Origin: Promethearchaeota archaeon Loki_b32
GTDB lineage: Archaea > Asgardarchaeota > Lokiarchaeia > Sigyniarchaeales > SOKP01
Assembly: GCA_005223125.1 (NCBI GenBank)
Contig: NJBH01000030.1
Span: forward strand, 1 to 49,817
Direction: 5' to 3'
DNA: 49,817 nt
Position 1 is the stretch's first letter. Each line of letters begins with the position of its first letter. The position numbers and the translations under genes were made by a program. The notes below the pieces were generated by a model that saw only the letters and a list, made by a program, of their open reading frames with translations, made no database searches and had not been told where the DNA came from. Positions 10,590 to 20,987 of this stretch are shown here, one piece after another.

Positions 10590-11522
10590 ATGGCAGAAAA
10601 AAAAGTTTATTCCAAATTAGGTGAAATGCTTGCGAATGGGGAATTCATTTTAACAGGTGAGCTTGAGCCTGAAAAAACTTGTGATTTGTCACATACAATC
10701 CAAGAAGCCAAGGAAATAGCTCCATACGTCGTTGCTGCCAATGTAACTGATAGTCCACTTGGAATAGTGACAATTAATAGTATGGCAGCCTCTCATATTA
10801 TCCAAAAAGAAGCCGGATTAGAAGTGATTTGGCAGCTTACAGTAAGAGATGTAAATAAATTGGGGATAGCTGGAATGATTATGGGTGGACATGCATTAGG
10901 CTTGAGAAATGTGTTATCTCTTACTGGTGATCATCCTGCTCTCGGAGATATGCCTGAATCTAAACCTGTATTTGACCTTGATTCAGCAACTTTAATTAGA
11001 TTAGTAAAAGATATGGTTGATAAAGGAACAATAAATGGTCATGAAATTGAAAATCCTCCAACTCTTCATGTAGGTGCTGCTGCGAATCCAAACTCAGATC
11101 CCATGGGTGCTGAGATTTTAAAAATTGGAAGAAAAGCTGAAGCAGGTTGTGAATTCATACAAACTCAAGTTGTATATGATTTGGATCGGACTATTGAATT
11201 TTTAAGTGAGATCAAAAAGTATAACGTTCCCATTTTACTTGGAATTTTTCCAATGAAAAGTTATGGTATGGCTAAGGGTTTTGATACATTTGTTCCTGGA
11301 GTTGATGTACCAAAAGATATTTTGGCTAAATGGAAAAGCATCAAAACAGAGTTTAAGGATGATAAAAAGGAACAGAAAAGATTATATGATCAAGCGAACT
11401 ATGAGTTTTTCAAGCCCTTTATTTCAGAGCTCAAGAAAAAGGGTTTGCTAGCTGGTGTGCATTGCATGGCAGTTCATTATCCCCGAATTTTTCCTAAATT
11501 GATGGAAGTTATCAAAGCTTAA
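10590..11522 (+). CDS. metF: Methylenetetrahydrofolate reductase
   Basis: TGELEP, NVTDSP, RDVN, LTGDHP, GAAANP, IQTQVVYD, GVHCMA motifs. Confidence 0.92.
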   Translation: MAEKKVYSKLGEMLANGEFILTGELEPEKTCDLSHTIQEAKEIAPYVVAANVTDSPLGIVTINSMAASHIIQKEAGLEVIWQLTVRDVNKLGIAGMIMGGHALGLRNVLSLTGDHPALGDMPESKPVFDLDSATLIRLVKDMVDKGTINGHEIENPPTLHVGAAANPNSDPMGAEILKIGRKAEAGCEFIQTQVVYDLDRTIEFLSEIKKYNVPILLGIFPMKSYGMAKGFDTFVPGVDVPKDILAKWKSIKTEFKDDKKEQKRLYDQANYEFFKPFISELKKKGLLAGVHCMAVHYPRIFPKLMEVIKA

Positions 11523-11686
11523 ATTAAATAAGGAAAAACAAATTCAAGTTTTTATTTTCTTTTTTACTTTTTCTTTTAGTTAGAAATTCTAAAATCACTA
11601 ATTAATGTATCTTTTTCACAAAATAGTATAAATATTAGATTATACTCACATTACTTACCATTCAAGAAATTCAAAGGTAAATAAAA

Positions 11687-12844
11687 ATGGATATTAGTGA
11701 TTTAAAAATAGGAATGGAGAATTCATATACTCCTCCTTTTGAAAATAATCTCAAAAGAACAAAAACATTTGAGAAAGATGGATTCGATTCTTTGTGGTTT
11801 TCAGATCATATAATGAGTTGGTGGCCTGATGCAATTTGGACTCCGGATATTATCAACCTAGCTTCTCTTCTTAAAAGTCCACATGATTCGTATAACTTAT
11901 ATCCTGTAATGGCAATCGTAGCTAGCAACACTAAAAAAGTTAAAATAGGAACATCAGTTACGGAAATTTTTCGCCATCCTCCATCATTACTGGCTCATAT
12001 GATTATAACTTTAGATCATATTTCAAAAGGTAGGATAATCCTTGGAATAGGTGCTGGTGAGAAAGAAAACATTGTTCCTTATGGCATCAAATGGGAAAAA
12101 CCATTTAGTAGATTAGAGGAAGCTATTAAAATTATCAAACTCTTATGGAGAAAAGATAAAAAAGTGGATTTTGATGAAAAATTTTGGAAATTAAAAGATG
12201 CTGTTCTTTCTTTAAAACCAATTAAAAAAAACAGAGCTCCTCCTATATGGATCGGGGCGTTTGGACCTAAAATGCTTGAGTTAACGGGCAAAATAGGAGA
12301 TGGATGGTTACCATTCAATTTGAATTCTAGAAGATATAAAGACAGTCTCGAAAAAATTCAAACATCAGCTAAAAATCATGGGCGGAATCCAGAAGAGATA
12401 ACACCAGGTAATGAATTGTGTTTAATTATCGATGAAAAACACGACGAATGTGATAAAATGGTTGATAGTCCTCTTGTAAAAAATCAAATGTTGACATTAC
12501 AAGATGAAATATTTAGAGAGTATGGTATTTCACATCCATTTGGGGACAATTTTCATGGTGGTTTAGATTATATTCCAACTAGGTATGATAAAAAAACTCT
12601 AATGGAAGCTTATGATAAGATCCCGACGGAGATGTGTAAAGATTTTTTTGTTGTTGGTACACCTGATGATATTATTGGGAAATTCGAAGAATATGCCAAA
12701 ATCGGAGCAAAACATATAGTAATTGTTAATTACACAATAATGTGTGATCTTCGCAAGTTTCAAAGTTCATATAATTGTATCAAAAAGGTATTAGATTACT
12801 TTAAAGACTCATCACCTAAAATTGTCCAAAAAATTGAAGTTTAA
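11687..12844 (+). CDS. LLM-class (luciferase-like, probably F420-dependent) oxidoreductase
   Basis: GFDSLWFSDH, TLDHISKGRIILGIGAGE, PPIWIGAFGPKML..DGWLP. Confidence 0.9.
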   Translation: MDISDLKIGMENSYTPPFENNLKRTKTFEKDGFDSLWFSDHIMSWWPDAIWTPDIINLASLLKSPHDSYNLYPVMAIVASNTKKVKIGTSVTEIFRHPPSLLAHMIITLDHISKGRIILGIGAGEKENIVPYGIKWEKPFSRLEEAIKIIKLLWRKDKKVDFDEKFWKLKDAVLSLKPIKKNRAPPIWIGAFGPKMLELTGKIGDGWLPFNLNSRRYKDSLEKIQTSAKNHGRNPEEITPGNELCLIIDEKHDECDKMVDSPLVKNQMLTLQDEIFREYGISHPFGDNFHGGLDYIPTRYDKKTLMEAYDKIPTEMCKDFFVVGTPDDIIGKFEEYAKIGAKHIVIVNYTIMCDLRKFQSSYNCIKKVLDYFKDSSPKIVQKIEV

Positions 12845-12878
12845 ATAATTTGCGCAAGAAACCTTAAAATTTCTTTTT

Positions 12879-13970
12879 TTATGAGATTTTAATAGATTTT
12901 CCAACCTTTAAATCAATATAAGCTTCTTTAAATGTATCTTTAAAAGCATTAATACTTTCCATGCTACTATCATGAGGTGAAAGTGCAACTAGCTTAGGAT
13001 TTCTAGCTTTCAGGTAATCTAAAGTGTAATCTCGGTCACTTTTATGCCATGGTTCCCAAGGGGGCCTTCTTGTAACGATAAATTTAAATATAGGCAATCC
13101 TGACCAGGTTATATCATCACCCGGGAATTCTGGGATAGGTAAGTGTAATCCACCTATAATACCATAAATAGGAGTATCAAACAAAGCTTCGACACGGTCG
13201 ATTATCTTTTGGATCCCTTGATGCCCACAACCAACTATGATTAAAATACCTTTTCCTTCTACATTTATTGCTAAAGATTGTTCGAATACTTCTTCAAAAA
13301 AGAACAGAGGGTTTCGTATAGATCCTATAGAAGCGATACCATTTGCAATAACAATTGGTTCTTTCACATGATGAATTTTGGCTGTGGGGTGATTCATTGA
13401 TACTGGTGTGAATGCTTTCACATGACTTATGTTGGCTTGTGTTCCTGAGAGGGAAAAAGTTTTTTTACTAACCCATTTAGAGCCTCCTACATGGTCTCCA
13501 TGCAAATGGGATATGACAACATAGTCGAAATCTTCTAATGTGATCCCTAATGACTTCATATTTTTCATAAGTGGAGAAGGATGTTTTTCCTCATCATTTA
13601 AGCCTGTATCAAATAAAATACCAGTATTATCCGCTTTAATATAATAGGAAACACCCTTCTCTGTTGATAAATCACCTTCACCATGATAATCAATAAGAGG
13701 GAGTATTTCTAAATTCTTAATAGTACCCATATTGTCTAATTTCTTTACCTTAGTACTAGACCACTCATTCTCAGCAAGTTGTTTATTCCTTTCAAATCTC
13801 TTATTCAATACCATTAAGGTGAAAAGAGGGAGCGATAATTGAAATGCTCGCGTCAATTCCATCTCGGAAAGTTTATCCCCCTCTATAATTTTAGAGATAA
13901 TCACACGATCCTTTTTTAAGGGATATTCTCTAAGTAACTTCTTTATTTCTTCTAATCTTATACTACTCAA
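12879..13970 (-). CDS. Metallo-beta-lactamase-fold hydrolase
   Basis: LFDTG, SHLHGDHVGG, EQSL, GCGH, GGLH. Confidence 0.85.
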   Translation of the reverse strand: MSSIRLEEIKKLLREYPLKKDRVIISKIIEGDKLSEMELTRAFQLSLPLFTLMVLNKRFERNKQLAENEWSSTKVKKLDNMGTIKNLEILPLIDYHGEGDLSTEKGVSYYIKADNTGILFDTGLNDEEKHPSPLMKNMKSLGITLEDFDYVVISHLHGDHVGGSKWVSKKTFSLSGTQANISHVKAFTPVSMNHPTAKIHHVKEPIVIANGIASIGSIRNPLFFFEEVFEQSLAINVEGKGILIIVGCGHQGIQKIIDRVEALFDTPIYGIIGGLHLPIPEFPGDDITWSGLPIFKFIVTRRPPWEPWHKSDRDYTLDYLKARNPKLVALSPHDSSMESINAFKDTFKEAYIDLKVGKSIKIS

Positions 13971-14058
13971 TTCAAAAACCAGATTTTAATATTTAAGTAA
14001 TTTTTTCAATTCTCGATTTTTTTTATATCTTATTATAATAATCAACCTATTTCCACTT

Positions 14059-14931
14059 CTATCCGAAGGAAATTCCTCCTGATTTTGTTAATAAACCCCA
14101 ATCTTCCCAAGCATAACTGGTGTCGATCATCGTAGGTGAATTACAACTGTCGCATTTCTCAGTATCTTTTAAATATTGTTGGAACCGTGGTAAACTCATG
14201 GCATTTTTAACTGAAACTTTTCGTAAATTTGCTATTGGTTTATCTAATCGAAGACAATCTTCAATATCAACATTAGAATTAACAAACATGAAGACTTTTC
14301 TCGCATGACATCGATAAGGTTTTTTACCTCCTATGAAGTGTTTCAAATACATTTCTGAATTTAGGATATGAGATCCATTCTTTTTCGCTTTTAAAATTCT
14401 TGAAAAGGCATCACTTATTTCTTGGTTGGTTGCAGAAAGCTCTCCTTTTTCATCTATATCACCATATGAATAGTGACGTATAATATTTATCACATTGAAT
14501 GCTATGGGAATTTCTCTTTCATCACCGAGTGCAATCATTTCATCAACACGATGAATATTATATTTACTGATAGAAAAACTAAATTGTAAAGAAATAAGAG
14601 GATAATCTCTTTTAATTATTTCAACTGATTTCATTATATTATCATATAATCCAGGTCATTTTCTAATTTTATCATGTTCTTCTCGTATAGGAGAATCAAG
14701 AGACATAAGAATGAGGTCAAGATCATCCCCAAATTCAGAGATTCGTTTAGGAATAAGAAATCCATTGGTCACCATTCCTATAAAAGCAAAATTAGCTTCA
14801 TGCTTCGCAAATTGTATAATGTCTGTGATGTCTTTACGAAGTGTAGGTTCTCCCCCCCAAAGAAGAGTTATCAAAAAACCTTCCTCTTTAGCTTCCAAAT
14901 AAATGCGTTTAATTTCTTCTAATGTTAATTC
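14059..14931 (-). pseudogene. Radical SAM/SPASM-like protein lacking the N-terminal CxxxCxxC, with in-frame TGA at 14658-14656
   Basis: ELTLEEIKRIY..WGGEPTLRKD..VTNG..SLDS..HDKIRK*PGLYDNIMK..C-terminal Cys cluster; both predicted ORFs are in the same frame. Confidence 0.8.
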
Positions 14932-15677
14932 AATGTGTCTTGATCAATTATGATTTGACCTTCTGTCTCAAGAATAATTGCATGTATAATATCATTCGGT
15001 TGTGGACTATCTATATTCACTTTAAGGTATAGAGTTTCATTATCAATATTTGGAACCATTTTCAAACTTTCAATATAGGTATCTGAGACTGGTTCAAACC
15101 AAACTGTCTGCCAAATGCCTGAAACGGCGGTATATAATATTATATTTGGTTTTAAAGATTGTTTACCATGTTCCTGATGTTCCCTGTCAGTGGGATCCCA
15201 GACCGATAAGATTAACTCATTATCTTCTCCTTTTTTCAAATATTCTGAAATTTCGAAATAAAATGGTGTAAATCCTCCTTTATTAACACCAACTAACTTT
15301 TCATTAATCCAAATTGTAGCTTCCCAATCTACAGCTCCAAAATTTAGAAGTATTTTCTTACCCTTCCAGGAGTCTGGGATTGTAAAAATCCGACGATACC
15401 ATAGTATTTGTTCTGGTTTTAATTTCCCTTTCACACCAGATAAAGCAGATTCTACAGGAAAGGGAACAAGTATTTTCCCTTCAAATTTTTTAACAAATAT
15501 AACATCTTTGGGGAGTATAGCATAGTCCCATAGTCCATTTAAATTTATCCATTCTTTACGTTTAAGCTGTGGTCTTGGATATTCAGGAAGTGGGTATTTA
15601 GGATCAATTTCACTAACCCATCGAGTCATTATTTGATCTTTTATGGGTTCCCAGGAAGAATTATCAATTTTTTTCAC
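14925..15677 (-). pseudogene. Glycoside hydrolase family 2 N-terminal fragment (catalytic domain absent)
   Basis: EYPRPQ, NLNGLWDY, VPFPVES, LNFGAVDW, SGIWQTVW; ends after 250 aa. Confidence 0.8.
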
Positions 15678-15693
15678 AGAATATTCACTCTAT

Positions 15694-16296
15694 TTAGCGT
15701 TTTTTCTTAGGAAAGAACATACCTGTTTGGTTTATGTAGTCAATATAGGGTTTTTCATATCTTATTATTAAATCTTTTTCTTCAGCTTTACAAAACCAAT
15801 AAAATATTGGAAACCAGACTATAGAATATAGAAATAGAAATGGGGAGTTTAGCAGTAAGGCAGCAGCCCACCAAATGAATACTTCTCCTAAAGCTTGAGG
15901 ATGACGAATTTTTTCATATATTCCTCCATAAAGAGTATGTTTCTTATCTGGAAAAAGAGCTTCTCTCCCTGCATCTTTAACTCCTTTAAGCATAATATAT
16001 AAACAAGGAATTAAAATGACTATACTAAGAACTACAGAAATCCAATAATCCCAAATAAAGAATTGAGGTATAGGAATTGGTAGAGGGAAAAAGAAGTAAA
16101 AAATAAAATTGATTATTGTAATTAACTCAAAAAAACTCGCAATAATTCGATAATTCCCGCATCTTTTATAAGCAATTTCACCTATTTTTTCTTCTAATTT
16201 TGCAGGTCCTACACTTTTAATATAAAAAAAAGCCATTAACGTAGTTGAGATAACTAAAATTAAGAAATTAATCCATTCTATCATATAAATTTCCAA
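15694..16296 (-). CDS. Isoprenylcysteine carboxyl methyltransferase (ICMT/PEMT) family membrane protein
   Basis: GIYEKIRHPQALG, EEKDL, Y..Y...TGMFFP. Confidence 0.85.
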   Translation of the reverse strand: MEIYMIEWINFLILVISTTLMAFFYIKSVGPAKLEEKIGEIAYKRCGNYRIIASFFELITIINFIFYFFFPLPIPIPQFFIWDYWISVVLSIVILIPCLYIMLKGVKDAGREALFPDKKHTLYGGIYEKIRHPQALGEVFIWWAAALLLNSPFLFLYSIVWFPIFYWFCKAEEKDLIIRYEKPYIDYINQTGMFFPKKKR

Positions 16297-16299
16297 AAA

Positions 16300-17322
16300 C
16301 TAGCAATAATATAAAAATTTTCCATTTTTCTCAATTTTTTTTACTTTATCCTGAGCTTGAAGATATAAGAGATGGCCTAAAACTTCACTTAATGCCATAT
16401 AGGAATTTATTTCATCTAAATCTTCTCCAAAGTGGATTTGAGAAAGTTTGTAGGCAGTGATGGGATTATCTTTAATTACACTCGAAATCTCAGCTAAACG
16501 ATTTTTATGATGCTCTTTAATCTGTAAAATTCGTTCATGGGGATTATATATAATTTCTTGATGACCGGGGAAAATTATTTTTGGACTTAAATTGTCAATT
16601 TTATCTAATGAAGCTAAGTAATGTTTTAATATATTATTAAAGTCATAATCTTTATATTGTTCTGCTAGATGTGAAGGAACTACAAAATTCCCAATGTGAG
16701 GGGTAATTCGGCTCAAAATATGGTCACCTGAAAAAAGATATTTCTTATTTTTATCAAAAATACAAATATGGCCAAAACTGTGTCCTGGAGTCCAAATTAT
16801 TTCTAAATCTTCAAATACAATGTCTCTATCGTGTACAATAATATCCGGTTTTTGATATTGTAAGAATTTTGGCCAATAAGTGAAAAACTTCACAATTCTT
16901 TCTCCTTGTTCTTCACTAATCCCATATTTTATTAGTTGGTCTGCAATTCCTCTGGCTTCTTGCTCTAATTCTTTTAAATTATCATCACTAGTTTCCCATT
17001 TCAATAATTCATGAGTTATATCATGCATTAAGATTTGAAGGTTAGGGTTTTTTTGTTTGAGAAGCCGAACTAATCCTATATGGTCAGTGTGTAGATGGGT
17101 TATGATACAATAATCGATATCTTGAATTGAAGTGTTTAATTCTTCAAATGCGGAAAACAATTTTTTTTTCCAATTACCCATATTCAAACCGGAATCAATA
17201 AGGATGTTCTTTCCGTTTAATTTAAAGAGGTAAAGACAAACAAATTTAACTGCGAAAGGTACATCTATTTTAATTTGATAGATACCTTCAATTTCATTAA
17301 TTTCAGATTTATAAGTAGGCAA
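16300..17322 (-). CDS. MBL-fold metallo-hydrolase with C-terminal winged helix
   Basis: LIDSG, THLHTDHIG, TPGHSFGH, FSGDHIL..ITP, PGH. Confidence 0.9.
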   Translation of the reverse strand: MPTYKSEINEIEGIYQIKIDVPFAVKFVCLYLFKLNGKNILIDSGLNMGNWKKKLFSAFEELNTSIQDIDYCIITHLHTDHIGLVRLLKQKNPNLQILMHDITHELLKWETSDDNLKELEQEARGIADQLIKYGISEEQGERIVKFFTYWPKFLQYQKPDIIVHDRDIVFEDLEIIWTPGHSFGHICIFDKNKKYLFSGDHILSRITPHIGNFVVPSHLAEQYKDYDFNNILKHYLASLDKIDNLSPKIIFPGHQEIIYNPHERILQIKEHHKNRLAEISSVIKDNPITAYKLSQIHFGEDLDEINSYMALSEVLGHLLYLQAQDKVKKIEKNGKFLYYC

Positions 17323-17749
17323 TGATGACGTTTTTTATATTCTTACTTTATTAAGGAAAATTTTGAGAATTTTTGTATTTTCCGATATGAGTGAGATTTA
17401 ATTTAATATTAAAAAAATAGGAGTCCAGATTTTGACCTATATCAACAATCTGTTTACCTTATTTTTTATTGATTAATATTAATCTTGAAATATGAATACA
17501 TAAGTAAATAAAGTTTTAGTAAAGATTTGAAAATTTCATCTTCATCAATAATAGATTTCTTCTTCCTTTTTTTATCAATAAATAAGTCTATTCTATTTAG
17601 TATATATATTTGCTCTAAGTAATAAGATACGATAATTTCTGAGCATCTTCTCCCAATTAATAGTTATACAATAATATTAAAAATAAGTAGTTCTATTATT
17701 CTAATTACATAATTTTGAAATATAATACTTATTAAAAAGATGACAAAAA

Positions 17750-19222
17750 ATGGAAAGAGACCTAGAAAAGGATTTAGCAAAAATTCTCAAAAAAGAAAAA
17801 TTACAAGGGAACATGATAAGTTACATGTCCAAGGTAGGGAAATTATTGCTTTTTACACTTCCTATAGTACTTGTAGTAATAACAATACTTTCATTATTCG
17901 CTCCTCTTGATCTTACATTAACAATAATATTTTATGCGATTCTATCTGTCTATTTATTCAATTCAGTTATGCTATTATTAGGCGCTAATTCGACTGAATC
18001 TTCCCTTAAATTACGTTTGGATTTTGAAAGAAAAAGGGGTCGACCAATTGATAGTCTTGATGGTTTTGATTTATTGGCAAATAACGTAAAAAGAGTAACT
18101 AATTTATTGAAATTTATTTCTCTTATTTGTTTTGTTGCCTTAATATTATTTGTAGTAATGATATTTCTTGATGATCTTAATTTAGGATTTGCAGCGGCAG
18201 GTTTTGCTTTAGTAGGTTTTGGCTTAGCATTATTAATCCGGAGTTTAAACCTAAATATACATGATGTCAATGGTCTTCAAGACTTTTATAAACCAACAAC
18301 CCATCAAATCTTCTTAGACAATTTTTTCGCTGAAATATTGTCTAACCATTTAGATCCAGTGACATTTCTTAAATGGGATGAATATTTAGCAGGAATTAAT
18401 CAAATCTTGACTCCATCCTTTATACAGAAAGTGAAAGAGCAAGAAGCAGAAGAATTACCAATCACATTTGCTATTGAAAGAATTCTATTTCTTTATTACT
18501 TGAGATTTCAAGATGTATTAACAGAGGAACAGTTTATACAAGAATTAAAAGAAGTAATTGATGTGGATTCGGATATATTTGATATTAAAAAAGGCTTAAT
18601 GATTGAAAATCGTTGGTATTTTGGTGCCGCAGATATTACAAAACTTTTTAATTATATAAAAACCTTTAATCCCGGATTTTTCAACATTATTGATAGATTA
18701 CAATTAGAACTTGCAGACAATATTGAACGTGTGTCAAAAGATCCAATTTATATGGATTCTACTGCTCAAGAAGTTGTTTATCTAGACAGTGAACTTAATA
18801 TTTTTTGCTTCTTGTATAACAACTCTCCAGAGGCTAAAAAATATATTTTAAAAGTAAACGCCCCTGGATTTGAACCCAAAAAATTGAAGCTTAATATCGA
18901 AGTAGAAGGAAGGGGCACATTTGTGATACCAAATACACCTATCTCGCTAATATCCTCTGAAAGTAGGGATATTGCTGGTGTATTGTCAACAATGTTAGAA
19001 AACGGAGATACTACATGGTTAACTTTAGAACCTCGAGAAACTGGGGAACAAACAGTCCAAATTTTCTTACTCTCCGAAGATGGAACAATCATCGAGGGAA
19101 AAACTCGTGTAGTCAAAGTAACGAAAAATATAAAGGATTATCTTAAAAAATTGGGCTCGATTGGCTCCCTACTTGGCGGTCTTGCAGTTCCACTGGCAAA
19201 AATCTTACCCTCGATGTTATAA
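17750..19222 (+). CDS. Hypothetical membrane protein (about 4 N-terminal TM helices plus a soluble domain)
   Basis: 490-aa ORF; hydrophobicity pattern. Confidence 0.75.
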   Translation: MERDLEKDLAKILKKEKLQGNMISYMSKVGKLLLFTLPIVLVVITILSLFAPLDLTLTIIFYAILSVYLFNSVMLLLGANSTESSLKLRLDFERKRGRPIDSLDGFDLLANNVKRVTNLLKFISLICFVALILFVVMIFLDDLNLGFAAAGFALVGFGLALLIRSLNLNIHDVNGLQDFYKPTTHQIFLDNFFAEILSNHLDPVTFLKWDEYLAGINQILTPSFIQKVKEQEAEELPITFAIERILFLYYLRFQDVLTEEQFIQELKEVIDVDSDIFDIKKGLMIENRWYFGAADITKLFNYIKTFNPGFFNIIDRLQLELADNIERVSKDPIYMDSTAQEVVYLDSELNIFCFLYNNSPEAKKYILKVNAPGFEPKKLKLNIEVEGRGTFVIPNTPISLISSESRDIAGVLSTMLENGDTTWLTLEPRETGEQTVQIFLLSEDGTIIEGKTRVVKVTKNIKDYLKKLGSIGSLLGGLAVPLAKILPSML

Positions 19223-19383
19223 ATAAAAGTATTTATACATTTTTTTTATTTTTTCTAACAAATTTTCATTAAATTTTTTTTAAAATTATTACAATCTTTA
19301 TGAGAATGTCCCCCCTTATGTTTTCGACGCATAAGTTTAAATACAATTAGTTGACTAGATAAATGGTTTAAAGGGTTAATTGA

Positions 19384-20901
19384 ATTGATTTTAAAATAGT
19401 TAATGATTTACAAGAATCAGAAAAGAAATATAAAACAATGATAAAGAATTTAAACATTGGATTTTTTAGAGTAGATTTAGTGGATGGAAAAATTCTAAGT
19501 CATAATCCAACTTGTAGTAAGATTTTAGGATTAGATCCTGAAGAAAATCTAATTGGTAAAAAAACTATTGATTTTTATGAAAATCCTGAAGAACGCACTT
19601 TTATTATAAAAAAATTAAAGGGAAAAGGGTTTATTAAGAACCATGTAGTATCAGTGATAAGAAAGGATGGGAAAAAAATCATTATTCAAATGGATCTCCG
19701 TATTATAAAAAATGATAAAGGAGAACCTATCTATTCAGAAGGTACATTTGTGGATATTACTGATAAGTATTATCTTGAACAAAAATTAAGAGAATCAGAA
19801 GAAAAATTTAGAATGCTTGCTGACCAATCGTTAATGGGGATAGGCATTCTCCAAGATGGTGTCTATAAATATTTCAATAATGCATTAGCTACTATTGATG
19901 GGTATGAGGCCGAAGAAATTCAAAATTGGGAACCTTATGGATTTTTGGAACTTATTTATCCAGATGATAGAGAGTTTGTTACTAATCAAGCAAAAAAGAA
20001 ACAAGCAGGCGATAAGGATGTTGTCATTCAATATCAATTTCGAATCATAAAAAAATCAGGAGAAATTCGATGGGTCGAAATCTATTCAAAAACTATTAAT
20101 TACGAGGGAAAACTTGCAGATTTTATAACTGTAATTGATATTAATGAAAAGATTGTAGCTGAACAAAAATTAAAAGAATCTGAAGAAAAATATCGAAAGG
20201 CATATTATCAAGCTAATCTCTACAGAGATATCTTCGCTCACGATATTAACAATATACTTCAAAATATAAGTTCCTCTGCTGAGCTTAGTTCACTTTATCT
20301 AAATAACCCTGAAAAATTTCACACTCTTAAAGAATTATATGAAATCATTAATGAACAAGTCAATAGAGGTAAAAAATTAATAAATAATGTCAGAAAAATA
20401 ACTGAGATCGACGAATCCGAAATTATTGTAGAAAAAATTTATACAAATCGTCTTTTAAAAAATGCGATTGAATTTATACATAATAGTTTTCAAACTCGAG
20501 ATATTGACATTCAGCTCAATAATCCTACTAAAAACACATATGTAATTGCAAATAATCTCTTGTTGGATGTATTTGAAAATATATTAATAAATGCCGTGAG
20601 ATATAATGACAAATCCAAGATTGAGATCATTATTGACATTAGTAAAGAAGAAAAAGACGAGAAGAAATTTATTAAAATGGAATTTAAAGATAATGGTATA
20701 GGTATTTCTGATTATCGGAAGAATACCATATTTGAAAGAGGATCACGAAAACGCTACAAAAGTAAGGGATTGGGTCTTGGATTGTCTCTTGTGAGAAAAA
20801 TAATTGATACTTACAATGGTGATATCTGGGTTGAGGATAGAATTAAGGGGGATTATAAACAGGGAAGTAATTTTGTAGTTTTAATTCCATCCAACCACTA
20901 A
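19384..20901 (+). CDS. PAS-PAS sensor histidine kinase (first ATG at 19438; coding appears to extend to ATT 19384)
   Basis: Two PAS domains, H-box HDINNILQ, N-box NILINAVRY, G boxes DNGIG and GLGLGL; linker LQESEKKYKT lies upstream of the ATG. Confidence 0.9.
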   Translation: MDFKIVNDLQESEKKYKTMIKNLNIGFFRVDLVDGKILSHNPTCSKILGLDPEENLIGKKTIDFYENPEERTFIIKKLKGKGFIKNHVVSVIRKDGKKIIIQMDLRIIKNDKGEPIYSEGTFVDITDKYYLEQKLRESEEKFRMLADQSLMGIGILQDGVYKYFNNALATIDGYEAEEIQNWEPYGFLELIYPDDREFVTNQAKKKQAGDKDVVIQYQFRIIKKSGEIRWVEIYSKTINYEGKLADFITVIDINEKIVAEQKLKESEEKYRKAYYQANLYRDIFAHDINNILQNISSSAELSSLYLNNPEKFHTLKELYEIINEQVNRGKKLINNVRKITEIDESEIIVEKIYTNRLLKNAIEFIHNSFQTRDIDIQLNNPTKNTYVIANNLLLDVFENILINAVRYNDKSKIEIIIDISKEEKDEKKFIKMEFKDNGIGISDYRKNTIFERGSRKRYKSKGLGLGLSLVRKIIDTYNGDIWVEDRIKGDYKQGSNFVVLIPSNH

Positions 20902-20987
20902 TTATCTATTACTGCATGGTTTGTGTTTCTAATATCCTTTAATTTATTACTATAAACTTTAAAAAGGATATAGATAAAAATGAAATT

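Noticed and set aside
14656-14658. Selenocysteine at the radical SAM in-frame TGA
   Set aside because: It is not a position where I expect Cys, the gene is already 5'-truncated, and no SECIS-like hairpin is visible downstream.
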